From a candidate division WWE3 bacterium GW2011_GWC2_44_9 (lineage in GTDB: Bacteria; Patescibacteriota; WWE3; UBA101185; UBA10185): a stretch of 33,745 nucleotides of DNA. Shown here in pieces: positions 7,528 through 16,081 of the stretch (positions within the stretch are counted from its first letter, which is position 1; every line of letters starts with the position of its first letter). The stretch is from positions 1-33,745 of the forward strand of contig LCJU01000003.1 in the NCBI GenBank assembly GCA_000994815.1, in the 5' to 3' direction. Below the pieces are notes generated by a model that saw nothing but the letters and a program-made list of their open reading frames with translations, was not told the origin of the DNA and ran no database searches. The position numbers were made by a program, and so were the translations under genes.

Positions 7528-9446
7528 AACGAGTAATTTACCTTTATAGACTTAAAAACTGGCGTTGCATCCTTGTCAGAAGTATCCAGATACAATTTAT
7601 ACTGAAAACACTTTGCGGGGTTGGCGTCCGCAACAGGCAAACCGGTAAACGGCACTGCGCCGCCGCCCTCAAAAAAAGAGGCCGATGTGCCGTCGGGCCC
7701 AATGTAAGTGGGAGTGGTGGAAGAGCAGGAACTCGCGCCATCGCTAAAAGGTGCAACTTGCATCCGCAGCTGTGTACCCTCGGGGGTCTCTTTGCTTATT
7801 TCAAATCTATTAAACATTACGGTGTTGCCTGCTCCGACATCAAAAACTTCCGACTCAAAAGTGCCCTCCGAAGCGTACTGCCCTCCCGGGCCGCCTTCTA
7901 TTATCTTTAGCTCGTTCCCCGCGTCTTTTGCAACTATATAAGCGTAGGCATCGCCATCTTGCTCCAACACCGCGGTAACGCCGTTAATATCATAGTCCGT
8001 GTTTAGACTTCCACAGCTTTTTGGGTTGGACTCAGTGCTTATGTCAATAACCTGATACTCAACCCCGCCGCTACCCACCAAAAGCGCCTTATTCCCGGTA
8101 CCTATGGCAACTCCCATGGGGTTCATACCACCCGCATCATAAGAACCAACAGAACCTCTAAATCCAGATTTTGTTGAGGTGTTTATAATAAAGAATTCGC
8201 TTTTCCCGGAGTCTTTATTTGTTGCAAGGTACGCTCTTGTTCCGGAGGCATTAACATAAACTTCTTTCCCGCCGGAGGCATTAACATTGGCCCCGCCAAC
8301 CCAGGACATGTTGTACGGATTGCTAACATTAACAATTGACAGCTCCAATAGTGCGTAGCCGTCTATAGCAACATAAGCATAATTGCCCACCACGTCGAGT
8401 TTTTTTGCTACTCCAAAAATGCTTACCAAAACCCCGTTAGAATCCAAAATAGGCCTGGGGCCGGTTTTTGAAGAAAGATCAAAGCTGTACAACTTACCGC
8501 CGGTGGTTACATATCCAACGTCTCCATATACAAACACCCCATTGCCGTCGGAGCTGCCCGGCGCATTAAAATAGCCAACTTCGGTATGAGTATCCGTGTT
8601 AACTATAACAACTTCCTTATCATTTGAGTCCGTGGCCAAATAGGCGTAATTACTCTGACCGAATACGTCGTTTGTTTTGTAGCCATCTAGGGTTCCTATA
8701 ACCTCCGCCGTTGGGGGATTATCGTTGCTAACCTCAATATCCACAAACGACAGTCCCGATGAATTCTCTCCCGTACCGGCAAACACTCTGCCCTCTGCCG
8801 CCCAAATCGCGGCGGCGTTTCCATTACTGCCCAAAGACACCTCAACAAATGGGACCTGCGTAGGCTTGCACCAGTTTCCGTAACCGCCGGCTCCTAAAAT
8901 AACTTCTCCCCCTTCATCATCCTGAATCGCAGTACCATCCAAATAGCCGTCTTCAAAATCTCCCGTGGTTGTATGCTCAAAGGTAGCATCACTAGGGAAA
9001 CGCGAGAGCAATTGCATGGCGGAAACACTTTGATTGGAGGTTAAACCCCAGGAAACAGTTATGTTTGCGCGTTTCAGCGCCGGGTCAAGCACGGTGCCCG
9101 TTTCGCTTATTTTCCCAGAAGCATCCCTAAAAACATCGGTTAGCTCAATCCGGCGGGTATAGTCAACCCCCACAGTTTCCTCTCCGTCTGCTAACCGCCA
9201 GGCGGTACCATCCAGCACCGGATGGTAAATGCCATTAACAGAAACTTCTTGCCAATCCCGTTCTCTAATGCTTCTCAAAGCCTCGAGCGCCTCTGTTAAA
9301 TAGCCGGCAGCTTTTAGCGTATGTTTTTGCGACACCCTACCGTCGCGGGCAGAGATAAAACCTCCTAAAATTGACGACGCAATAACGGTAAAGATGGACA
9401 CGGCCAAAAGCAGCTCCACCAAAACGTGTCCGGCGCGGGCTTTCAT
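7524..9446 (-). CDS. Giant prepilin-type protein (640 aa) with LVIVD-like beta-propeller repeats; candidate pilus tip adhesin
   Basis: N-terminus MKARAG|HVLVELLLAVSIFTVIA (Glu at +5). The central region has recurring motifs NYAYLATD, GDVGYVTT, GNYAYVAIDG...LSIVNVSNP, TRAYLATN and AYAYIVAKD, resembling LVIVD repeats. Confidence 0.65.
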   Translation of the reverse strand: MKARAGHVLVELLLAVSIFTVIASSILGGFISARDGRVSQKHTLKAAGYLTEALEALRSIRERDWQEVSVNGIYHPVLDGTAWRLADGEETVGVDYTRRIELTDVFRDASGKISETGTVLDPALKRANITVSWGLTSNQSVSAMQLLSRFPSDATFEHTTTGDFEDGYLDGTAIQDDEGGEVILGAGGYGNWCKPTQVPFVEVSLGSNGNAAAIWAAEGRVFAGTGENSSGLSFVDIEVSNDNPPTAEVIGTLDGYKTNDVFGQSNYAYLATDSNDKEVVIVNTDTHTEVGYFNAPGSSDGNGVFVYGDVGYVTTGGKLYSFDLSSKTGPRPILDSNGVLVSIFGVAKKLDVVGNYAYVAIDGYALLELSIVNVSNPYNMSWVGGANVNASGGKEVYVNASGTRAYLATNKDSGKSEFFIINTSTKSGFRGSVGSYDAGGMNPMGVAIGTGNKALLVGSGGVEYQVIDISTESNPKSCGSLNTDYDINGVTAVLEQDGDAYAYIVAKDAGNELKIIEGGPGGQYASEGTFESEVFDVGAGNTVMFNRFEISKETPEGTQLRMQVAPFSDGASSCSSTTPTYIGPDGTSASFFEGGGAVPFTGLPVADANPAKCFQYKLYLDTSDKDATPVFKSIKVNYSL

Positions 9447-9461
9447 AAAAGTGCTTCCAAA

Positions 9462-9950
9462 CTATAATTTATTAACATAGTAAATAGTACCAAGTTTGTT
9501 GATCCTTAACACAAAGCTATGATTGCTGGGCGCGCTAAATACTACCTGATTAGTCAAAGGGTCGTAGTCCTTAACATCACCGGTTAAGGGAAGAAAGGTA
9601 ATTGACTGATCAGGAAAGGTTGTGGATGCCATAATATTTTCCGGCAGCTCAACAACATAATTTAGCTCGTCATCGGGTGTGTACGTAGTACCCGTAAAAA
9701 CTATATATCTGCCGGGTTCGATGTGTATTCCATAGGGAACCGGTAAAGAAAGGCTCGCTTGGCCCATCATAGCGAGATCTTGTTGTGACCTAGCATCTGC
9801 CGAAAAACTTTGCATAGCTTCCCGCAAGCCGGCATCAGGTATAATATTTAACAGACTTATTCCCGCAAAAGCAAAAATAGTGAATATAATGGATGTGGAT
9901 ACAATAAGTTCAATAAGTGTAAAGCCTTTTTTGGCAGTGCAGCAGGTCAT
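9462..9950 (-). CDS. Prepilin-type minor pilin
   Basis: MTCCTAKKG|FTLIELIVSTSIIFTIFAF: canonical class III signal peptide. Confidence 0.8.
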   Translation of the reverse strand: MTCCTAKKGFTLIELIVSTSIIFTIFAFAGISLLNIIPDAGLREAMQSFSADARSQQDLAMMGQASLSLPVPYGIHIEPGRYIVFTGTTYTPDDELNYVVELPENIMASTTFPDQSITFLPLTGDVKDYDPLTNQVVFSAPSNHSFVLRINKLGTIYYVNKL

Positions 9951-9958
9951 TTATACTA

Positions 9959-9964
9959 TATAAT
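9959..9964 (+). promoter_or_regulatory. -10 hexamer TATAAT exactly 6 nt upstream of the ATG at 9971 (leaderless geometry)
   Basis: Sequence TATAATactcgtATG. The whole divergent intergenic region is only 20 bp (9951-9970). Confidence 0.45.
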
Positions 9965-9970
9965 ACTCGT

Positions 9971-10339
9971 ATGACGAAAAAATGCATTCTTATAATAGAG
10001 GACGAACCTGATATTTTAATGCTGTATAAAGAGTTTCTGGCGGGCGCGGGGTTTGACGTTACTACGGCAACCAATGGGGAGGAGGGTTTAACTAAAATTC
10101 AGGAAAAAAAGTACGACCTAATACTTATGGACGTGATGATGCCTAAAGTGGACGGTTTAGGTGTTTTGCAAACGTTGAAAGACGCGGGTAAGAAAATACC
10201 TACTATAGTAATGCTCTCTAACCTATCCCACGATGAGGCCGTTAAGGAGGCCCTGGCGTTGGGGGCAAAAGACTATGTTATTAAATCAGAGGTAAATCCC
10301 GATCAACTACTGGAAAAAATAAAGAAGTATTTAGATTGA
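9971..10339 (+). CDS. Stand-alone CheY-like response regulator receiver
   Basis: IIEDEPD acidic pocket, phospho-acceptor in LILMDVMMP, conserved S in VMLSN and K in DYVIK. Length 122 aa with no output domain. Confidence 0.88.
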   Translation: MTKKCILIIEDEPDILMLYKEFLAGAGFDVTTATNGEEGLTKIQEKKYDLILMDVMMPKVDGLGVLQTLKDAGKKIPTIVMLSNLSHDEAVKEALALGAKDYVIKSEVNPDQLLEKIKKYLD

Positions 10340-10341
10340 GC

Positions 10342-11397
10342 CTATCTGCTGCCAACCTGGCCGATCATGCTGTACATAGGGGATATTATTGAAAGCATAA
10401 CTCCCCCCACCAGCAAACCAACAAAAACTAGCATTACAGGCTCCAGAAGTGTTGTTAGGGTTTTAAGGTTTTTTGAGACCTCATAATCCATGTATTCGGT
10501 TACGTCGGCCATTGCTTTCTCTAAAGTCCCGCTGGCCTCACCAAGCTCGATAAGTTTTATAACCAAAACGGGCATAACGGAGCCCCGCTGTCCCTTGAGC
10601 CCCTGACTAAACTCCTGGCCTGCATATATCATATCTTTGGACTTTATCAGCAGGTTTTTTAAGTCCCTTCTATTAACAACGTCTATGGAAAGTTCTAAAG
10701 CGTTGACTATGGGAATACCCGAACTCAACAGCAACCCCATGCTTCTGGAAAACCTTACAATGTCAACTTTTTTAAAAAGGGGGGCTATAATAGGCACTTT
10801 GGCAATAACCCCAAGTAAAAATCTTCGTTTCCTGTTATACAGAAAATACATAAACACAACAAACAAAAGTGAGCCAATACCAACGTAAAGTGTGTTCTTA
10901 ATAACAAAGTCGGACAGAAACATCAAAAACCGCGTTGGCAATGGAATGTCGACTTTTAGTCGCGAAAAAACCTGGGTTATCTTTGGCATAACAACAAAGA
11001 GCATGACTCCCATAACCGCAGCAAAAATCAAAAAAACAAACAGCGGGTAGGTTAAGGCCGACTTTACTTTGTCGGAAAACTCCATTTCGGCCTGGGTATT
11101 CTTTTTGATATCCTGCAGAGTTTGCTCCAGAGTGCCCGCCTCCTCCGCGGCTTTAACCAAGTTCACCGTTACCTTGTCAAAGGATTCGGGAAATTTTGCA
11201 AGCGTGGTGCACATTCGCCTCCCGGCAATTAAGTCCTGCCTAAGGGCAACTAATATTTTTTTAACGTTTCCTTTAGAGTCCTCTAACAGACTTTCCACAC
11301 CGTTAAGTATGGGGATGCCGGCCTTAAGCATGGTGTGCATATTGCTAATAAACTCTATCTTTTCGCCCGAAGACAGCCGCACGGACCCAATGCTCAT
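10342..11397 (-). CDS. pilC: Type IV pilus platform protein PilC (GspF family)
   Basis: Two T2SS-F-type repeats, each ending in a TM segment. 351 aa. The start overlaps the pilB stop by 4 nt. Confidence 0.88.
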   Translation of the reverse strand: MSIGSVRLSSGEKIEFISNMHTMLKAGIPILNGVESLLEDSKGNVKKILVALRQDLIAGRRMCTTLAKFPESFDKVTVNLVKAAEEAGTLEQTLQDIKKNTQAEMEFSDKVKSALTYPLFVFLIFAAVMGVMLFVVMPKITQVFSRLKVDIPLPTRFLMFLSDFVIKNTLYVGIGSLLFVVFMYFLYNRKRRFLLGVIAKVPIIAPLFKKVDIVRFSRSMGLLLSSGIPIVNALELSIDVVNRRDLKNLLIKSKDMIYAGQEFSQGLKGQRGSVMPVLVIKLIELGEASGTLEKAMADVTEYMDYEVSKNLKTLTTLLEPVMLVFVGLLVGGVMLSIISPMYSMIGQVGSR

Positions 11398-13100
11398 GAC
11401 ACCTCCTCGGTTTTTATAACCCTTAGAATCTCCTCCAATGTAGTTAGCCCCCGAGCCATTTTATTAATGCCGTCGTCAAGCATAGAGGTCATGCCCTCCG
11501 ACAACGCGGTTCGCTCGATAATATCTGCATCCTCTTTTTGGTTAATAAGCTTTCTTACGGCGTTTGTAACTTCTAAAACCTCAAAAATACCTATCCGCCC
11601 AAAATACCCAGAGCCATGACAAAGCTTGCAGCCCCCTCCTTTATACATTCGTATATCCTTACTCTTGCCAACCCCAACATAGTGCTTATCTACCACCTCC
11701 TGCGGAAAATAAGCGTGCAAGTCGGTTTTAGGTATGGTAAAAGATACCTTGCAGTTGTCACATATTTTTCTAACTAGCCTTTGGGCAATAACAACATTAA
11801 CAGTTGACGAAACCAAAAAGGGCTCCACCTTCATATCAATGAGTCGCGGAATTGCAGTTGAGGCGTTGTTGGTATGCAATGTTGAAAGCACTAAGTGGCC
11901 GGTAAGCGCCGCGTTAACCGCAATACCGGCTGTTTCGTTATCTCTAATCTCGCCAACAAAAACGTGGTCGGGATCCTGCCTTAGGATAGACCTTAGACCA
12001 TTGGCAAATGTAAGATTTGTTTTGGTGTTTACCTGTATTTGGTTGGCACCTTTTATGCGGTATTCAACAGGATCTTCAATGGAAGTAATGTTCTTCTCTC
12101 GGCTATTCAGGATTTTCAATATTGCGTAGATGGACGTTGTTTTACCCGAACCTGTGGGACCGGTCGATAGAATCATCCCGTAGGTCTTGCTAAAGGCCTT
12201 CTTTACCCTGCCTAGATCGCGTTCGTTCATACCTAAATCGGTGAGCGTAAAATTTCTTGCACTGCTGGCCAAAATCCTGATAACAACCTTCTCGCCGTCA
12301 ACTATGGGTGTAATGGAAATCCTTAAATCAACGTCTTCTTTGTTGATGATTTTGTGAATTTTTCCGTCTTGGGCACTTTGGTGCTCGTCTGTTCTCAACC
12401 CCGACATAACCTTAATTCTTGTAATTATTCGGTCATGAATGGACTCTGGTATTTGGATCACGTCGCTCAAAATCCCGTCAATCCTAAATCGCACAAGCGA
12501 TACTTTGTCCTGCGGTTCAATATGTATATCCGACGCCTTTTCCTGGTAAGCCGTTTCAATCATAAAGTCCACAATTTTCTCCACGGGCGGGTCTCTTTCC
12601 ACACCAAACGGTGTTGTTATTTCCCCCTGCTTTAACAGCTTTTCAAATGTGTACTGCAGGTTTTTTTTGTAAGTGGAGAGCGCGTTGCCAAGATCCCTAT
12701 AAGTAACGTAATAAAGCTGTATTTTTTTGCGTACCTTTTTTTCTAAGTTCGCTTTTAACATCTCGATGCCGGGGCCGGGCCGCGGCGTGGCAATTTTTAC
12801 ACACTCATTATCAACACCAAAAACAACAGCCTCATTCTTTCTTGCTACTTCCTCGGGAATGGTAAACAATACGCCTTCCGGGATTTCGATCTCGATAAGG
12901 TTAATAAAAGGAAGTTTGTAGTAGTCAGCCAATACTTTGCCATACTTAACATCATCAATTAGCGACTTTTGCAGAAGCGCTTCATATAAGCTGATCTCAA
13001 CCTTTTTGGAGAGTTCCTGGGCAATAGCAAGTTTTTCTTTAGTGATTAGTTTAGTCTCAACCAACAGATCTGCAATTTTTGCATCATCAAGGGGCAGCAT
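11394..13100 (-). CDS. pilB: Type IV pilus assembly ATPase PilB (GspE family)
   Basis: Walker A GPTGSGKTTS, Asp/His boxes (VGEIRD, LVLSTLHTN) and a C-terminal tetracysteine CDNC...CKLCHGSGY. An N-terminal GspE_N-like domain is present. Confidence 0.93.
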   Translation of the reverse strand: MLPLDDAKIADLLVETKLITKEKLAIAQELSKKVEISLYEALLQKSLIDDVKYGKVLADYYKLPFINLIEIEIPEGVLFTIPEEVARKNEAVVFGVDNECVKIATPRPGPGIEMLKANLEKKVRKKIQLYYVTYRDLGNALSTYKKNLQYTFEKLLKQGEITTPFGVERDPPVEKIVDFMIETAYQEKASDIHIEPQDKVSLVRFRIDGILSDVIQIPESIHDRIITRIKVMSGLRTDEHQSAQDGKIHKIINKEDVDLRISITPIVDGEKVVIRILASSARNFTLTDLGMNERDLGRVKKAFSKTYGMILSTGPTGSGKTTSIYAILKILNSREKNITSIEDPVEYRIKGANQIQVNTKTNLTFANGLRSILRQDPDHVFVGEIRDNETAGIAVNAALTGHLVLSTLHTNNASTAIPRLIDMKVEPFLVSSTVNVVIAQRLVRKICDNCKVSFTIPKTDLHAYFPQEVVDKHYVGVGKSKDIRMYKGGGCKLCHGSGYFGRIGIFEVLEVTNAVRKLINQKEDADIIERTALSEGMTSMLDDGINKMARGLTTLEEILRVIKTEEVS

Positions 13101-13106
13101 ACAAGT

Positions 13107-13112
13107 ATATTA
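13107..13112 (-). promoter_or_regulatory. -10-like hexamer TAATAT exactly 6 nt upstream of the pilB ATG (leaderless geometry)
   Basis: The minus strand reads TAATATacttgtATG. Confidence 0.4.
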
Positions 13113-13162
13113 ATCCAAAGCGACGCAAGATGGAAATCATTTTGCGAGCGTAAAACCTCAAA

Positions 13163-13185
13163 CGCCGGTTTAGAAACGTCCGGCG
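13163..13185 (-). terminator. Possible intrinsic terminator after the solute-binding protein gene
   Basis: On the minus strand: CGCCGG-11 nt-CCGGCG followed by TTTGAGGTTTT. The stem is short and the loop large. Confidence 0.3.
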
Positions 13186-13201
13186 AGCAAAAGCGGGCAC
13201 C

Positions 13202-14509
13202 TCATTTACTTAGCTCGGTTTTTAGATTAGTTAGCGATTCCTTGGCATCTTTGCCGGCCAAAACATCGTTGACTGTTGCTTTGAGAGCGTCTATCTGGCG
13301 TCTATTACCGGCCCTGCCGGCTATCTCCCAGGTTTTGGCATAAGAGGCCGTTTCAACCGCGGGTTTGAGGTAAGCGTTGGTGCTTAAATTTTGTGCCAAG
13401 CTCACATCGCTGTAAATAATCCCAAACTGTCTTAGCTTTGAAGTTCCGCTGAATAGTACTGTTTGTTGTTCGGGGTCTACCAAAAACTTAACCACATCCC
13501 AACTTTCGTTTGGGTTTGGTGAGCTCTTTGGAACAACCCATGTCCAGTAAGAGGCCCACGACACGGGATTGTCCGTAAGGGCCTGGGGAACAGGAGCCGT
13601 ACCAATTACGGAAGCGTCAGGCATATTTGGCAGTAACTCATACAAGCGCCATGTAGGGACTAGCACCATGGACACTTTACCTGATGCAAAAGCTAATAGA
13701 GATTCCGGCATGGTAGCATCCCATACGCCATCCTCCTTAGCAAAATTTGTATAAAAGGTTAGGGCATCTATAGCCTGTGTGGATGCAACTGCGTCCGGTA
13801 AACCAACCCCAGCTTGAGCCCACATAAGTCCCAGCACATCACCAAAATGATCAATATTGTCGGCTAAACCCATGGCCGCGCCTGCTCGTACAATGACTTT
13901 TTTCTCGTGAGTATCGTTCCGAACAGTGAGACTAATAGCATCTCTTCTAAACTCTTCCCAATCTGCCGGTGGTTTAGAAATACCAACCTCCTCAAAATGT
14001 TTTTTATTGTAGACGAGCACCAAGCCGTCGTAAGTAGAGGGTAAGGAATACAGATTGCCACCCACAATGCTGGTTTCCCTAACTACAGGAAAAAAGTTAT
14101 TGTCGATGTAGCTCTTTTCAAACACGTTTGATGGAACAGCCCAAGCGCCCCCACCCTGCGCAAGCCTGGGAACCCAGCTTGAATGGACTAAAACAATATC
14201 GGGTTTTATACCTTCAAAGGCTCTGGTAAAAACGCGCTCTTTATAGTCCACTAACGGCATAATGGATCTATCCTCGTAGTGAATTTTTACGGTGGGGTGC
14301 GCGGCCATGTATTTGTTCAAAACCGGCTGCAAAGTACTTTCTGACTCCCAAAGCCCCCAAACATTAATGCTTACTTCTTTTACCGCGCCACCGCCAAAAA
14401 ACCTGCCCACCAGTGGCAGGCTAGAAGGGTTACAACCCGTAAGAAGTAGTGGAAAAGAGAGTAAAAGGGCGAAAGTGCCGCTCTTGTATGTAACTGGTTT
14501 AATAGTCAT
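13202..14509 (-). CDS. Extracellular solute-binding lipoprotein (ABC-type, sugar family-like)
   Basis: Lipobox LLLTGC at the N-terminus. 435 aa with the overall family-1 SBP pattern (VWGLWE..., TWRLYEL...). No permease or ATPase gene lies adjacent. The start overlaps the upstream gene by 11 nt. Confidence 0.65.
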   Translation of the reverse strand: MTIKPVTYKSGTFALLLSFPLLLTGCNPSSLPLVGRFFGGGAVKEVSINVWGLWESESTLQPVLNKYMAAHPTVKIHYEDRSIMPLVDYKERVFTRAFEGIKPDIVLVHSSWVPRLAQGGGAWAVPSNVFEKSYIDNNFFPVVRETSIVGGNLYSLPSTYDGLVLVYNKKHFEEVGISKPPADWEEFRRDAISLTVRNDTHEKKVIVRAGAAMGLADNIDHFGDVLGLMWAQAGVGLPDAVASTQAIDALTFYTNFAKEDGVWDATMPESLLAFASGKVSMVLVPTWRLYELLPNMPDASVIGTAPVPQALTDNPVSWASYWTWVVPKSSPNPNESWDVVKFLVDPEQQTVLFSGTSKLRQFGIIYSDVSLAQNLSTNAYLKPAVETASYAKTWEIAGRAGNRRQIDALKATVNDVLAGKDAKESLTNLKTELSK

Positions 14510-16004
14510 AGGCAGATTCCTTTTTAGTATAGGCCAGACAAAACAACAAAGTCAATATAAAAAGTAAAAAAGCCGGTCCGTAAGTGTAAAAATAATGGTC
14601 AAAACTAAATAGAAAAGAAAAATGGATAATAGGCAGTGGCAGAAAAGTATCAAGCTTGGCTAACCTGTAAACAATGCCAAATAGGATAAAAATAAAAACA
14701 AGTACCGACAACAATCCGGTTTCCACACCCGCCAAAACGTAAACACTATGGGTAGGCTGGATAAAAAAAGCATCAGTTTTTGTTTGAAAGTACGGTTCAG
14801 AGCTGTAGGTAAACGAATTTAGCCCCCACCCAAACAGAGGTTTTTCAGCAATCATTTTATAGGAGGCATCGAGAAGGGTGGCTCTTCTGGAGAAAGACGG
14901 GCTTTCTGCACGAATGTTCTTATAGAACGATAGATAAGGTGTATAGAGGGAAAAAAGAAAGCCGGAAAGTAATACCACAGTAAAAGTAACAAGCAAAAGC
15001 GCAGCTCGCGTTCTGGTTGTTATAACACGCCTAATGACCAAAAAGCCCACCAAAACAAAAAGGAGGGAAAAAATAGCCACATAACTTTTTGCCAAAACCA
15101 TTAATATAAATAGTGCAGCAAAGGTTAGGCTATAAAATAGCTTTAGAACCCTTGCGGCCGCCTTAGACAAGAGAAAAGCAACAAATAAAGCCGCAACTGA
15201 AACAAAACCCGCCAGCACATTGGGGTGTTGAAACGTACCATACGGGGGTATTTTAGTTGCACCAAAGTAACTCTCCCTGGCAACACCGGAAGTGAAGTAA
15301 GTGTAAGGCTGTTCGCCAAAAAAAAGGTAGTTGGTAAAAACAGAAGCCTGTTTTTGAAACTGCAAGAAACCCAGAACACACAAAAGTAAACTATTAGCAA
15401 GAAGGATGTAAACAAAAGACTTTCTAACCAAAACTTGCTGAAAAAAGCTAAAAGCAAAAACGAAGAAAATGAAATAAAGAAAGATTCGTGAGAAGAGATA
15501 TAAGGCAGGGTAGCTTCTTTCGGAAAAGAACAGAGCAAAAAAGACTAGAATTGTTAATATAAGAAATGGCTTTACAAAAGGCACGTTACTAAAACGTATT
15601 TTTCTTAAACAGGCCAATCCCTGTAGTATTACAAACGCAGCAACTAACACATCCTGAACGTAAATAGTAGGCATTAAATAACTTATTAGTTTTTGGTTGT
15701 AGTAGGACTGCTCTGTTTGGATGTGTTTTCCTAAATTCCAAGGTAGTGTTATGAAAAGCATAGTGAGGAGAACTAGACTGACTTTTTCAACACCGAACCC
15801 CTTAACTAATTTGTATATATAATACCGAAACCTTTGTACTAGACGACGTGTGTTTGTGGGGTACTGGTTTTGTGTTTGATTTACTGGGAATACTTTTGTA
15901 AGCAGCTGTTTATAAGTGCGTTTGCCTTTGTTTAGGGTGTTTTTTTGTGCGACATTTTTCCTGTGATTGTTAAGGCAGGGTTCTTTGTTTGTGGAGAATT
16001 CCAT
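14499..16004 (-). CDS. Polytopic membrane protein of the Wzy_C / O-antigen ligase-like family
   Basis: About 10-12 predicted TM helices after a roughly 70-aa basic N-terminal tail. A loop with PTHSVYVLAGVETGLL resembles the Wzy_C signature. Confidence 0.55.
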   Translation of the reverse strand: MEFSTNKEPCLNNHRKNVAQKNTLNKGKRTYKQLLTKVFPVNQTQNQYPTNTRRLVQRFRYYIYKLVKGFGVEKVSLVLLTMLFITLPWNLGKHIQTEQSYYNQKLISYLMPTIYVQDVLVAAFVILQGLACLRKIRFSNVPFVKPFLILTILVFFALFFSERSYPALYLFSRIFLYFIFFVFAFSFFQQVLVRKSFVYILLANSLLLCVLGFLQFQKQASVFTNYLFFGEQPYTYFTSGVARESYFGATKIPPYGTFQHPNVLAGFVSVAALFVAFLLSKAAARVLKLFYSLTFAALFILMVLAKSYVAIFSLLFVLVGFLVIRRVITTRTRAALLLVTFTVVLLSGFLFSLYTPYLSFYKNIRAESPSFSRRATLLDASYKMIAEKPLFGWGLNSFTYSSEPYFQTKTDAFFIQPTHSVYVLAGVETGLLSVLVFIFILFGIVYRLAKLDTFLPLPIIHFSFLFSFDHYFYTYGPAFLLFILTLLFCLAYTKKESAYDY

Positions 16005-16022
16005 TTGTGATGTTTATAAAAA

Positions 16023-16081
16023 AGTGGATAACTCCCTCCATTTATCCACAAAACTTATAGAATTAGTTATACTTATCCACA
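16023..16081. promoter_or_regulatory. DnaA-box cluster (candidate oriC core) immediately downstream of dnaA
   Basis: AGTGGATAA (16023-16031, 8/9 match, reverse orientation). Two perfect TTATCCACA boxes at 16042-16050 and 16073-16081. The context is AT-rich. Confidence 0.6.

Noticed and set aside
11069-12635. Long antisense ORFs within pilC and pilB (11069-11419, 11335-11619, 11734-12129, 12354-12635).
   Set aside because: They lie opposite strongly supported genes and have no motifs. Their composition mirrors the antisense of the membrane and ATPase coding sequence.
15143-15538. 131-aa same-strand alternative-frame ORF inside the Wzy_C-like gene.
   Set aside because: It is embedded in a continuous 501-aa polytopic membrane protein ORF. 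The Leu/Phe/Ser-rich translation is what a frame-shifted reading of T-rich TM-coding DNA produces.
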